A stretch of DNA of 64,000 bases, taken from Auanema rhodensis (taxonomy: Eukaryota; Animalia; Nematoda). The notes beneath the pieces were generated by a model that was given only the letters and a program-made list of their open reading frames with translations, was not told the origin of the DNA and did not search any database. Shown one piece after another: positions 63,793-64,000 of the stretch (within the stretch, counting starts at the first letter, position 1; every line of letters starts with the position of its first letter). Where the stretch lies: NCBI GenBank assembly GCA_964057225.1, contig OZ059900.1, positions 14,632,001 to 14,696,000 of the forward strand, read 5' to 3'. The position numbers and the translations under genes were made by a program.

Positions 63793-64000
63793 TTGAATTT
63801 GCACTTAGAAACTTTCATTAAGAGTGTGAGTTTGAATTAAAGTAGAAAAATGAAACACTGTCTCTAACATATCTTGATTTATGGCCTACTTTACTCAAAG
63901 AGCTAATTGAAGTTTGGTGTTACAATTAACGATTGATAAACGCTGACGTATCAATTTTTTTCATCGTAATTAAGATAGAACACTTAAATTAAATAGAAAT

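Larger units (their letters stand above)
58150..64000 (-). repeat. Inverted arm of the same tRNA-Asp(GTC) array (13 tRNA copies); continues beyond the right edge
   Basis: Reverse complement of the same unit with 438-440 bp period. tRNA copies run from 58456-58527 to 63721-63792. Confidence 0.98.

Overview
This is eukaryotic, very AT-rich DNA made almost entirely of one tandem array. The ~438-439 bp unit carries a single intron-less tRNA-Asp(GTC) gene, an oligo-T Pol III terminator and a ~366 bp spacer. I count 130 copies on the + strand (1-57112) and 13 on the - strand (58150-64000). The array runs off both ends of the window. Unit variants fall into local domains with 3- to 9-unit higher-order repeats. 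The only non-array sequence is a 1037 bp island (57113-58149) where the array changes orientation. It looks like the 5' end of an LTR retrotransposon: a TG...CA LTR containing a (CT)n tract and AATAAA, a tRNA-Gly primer-binding site, and a truncated gag-like ORF, probably BEL/Pao type. Both arms break at the same nucleotide of the unit, 62 bp upstream of the tRNA position, and share the first 24 bp of the element. The locus is therefore a large spacer-containing palindrome, with tRNA genes converging on a retroelement stub. The many 60-75 aa ORFs in the track are artefacts of the tRNA repeat.
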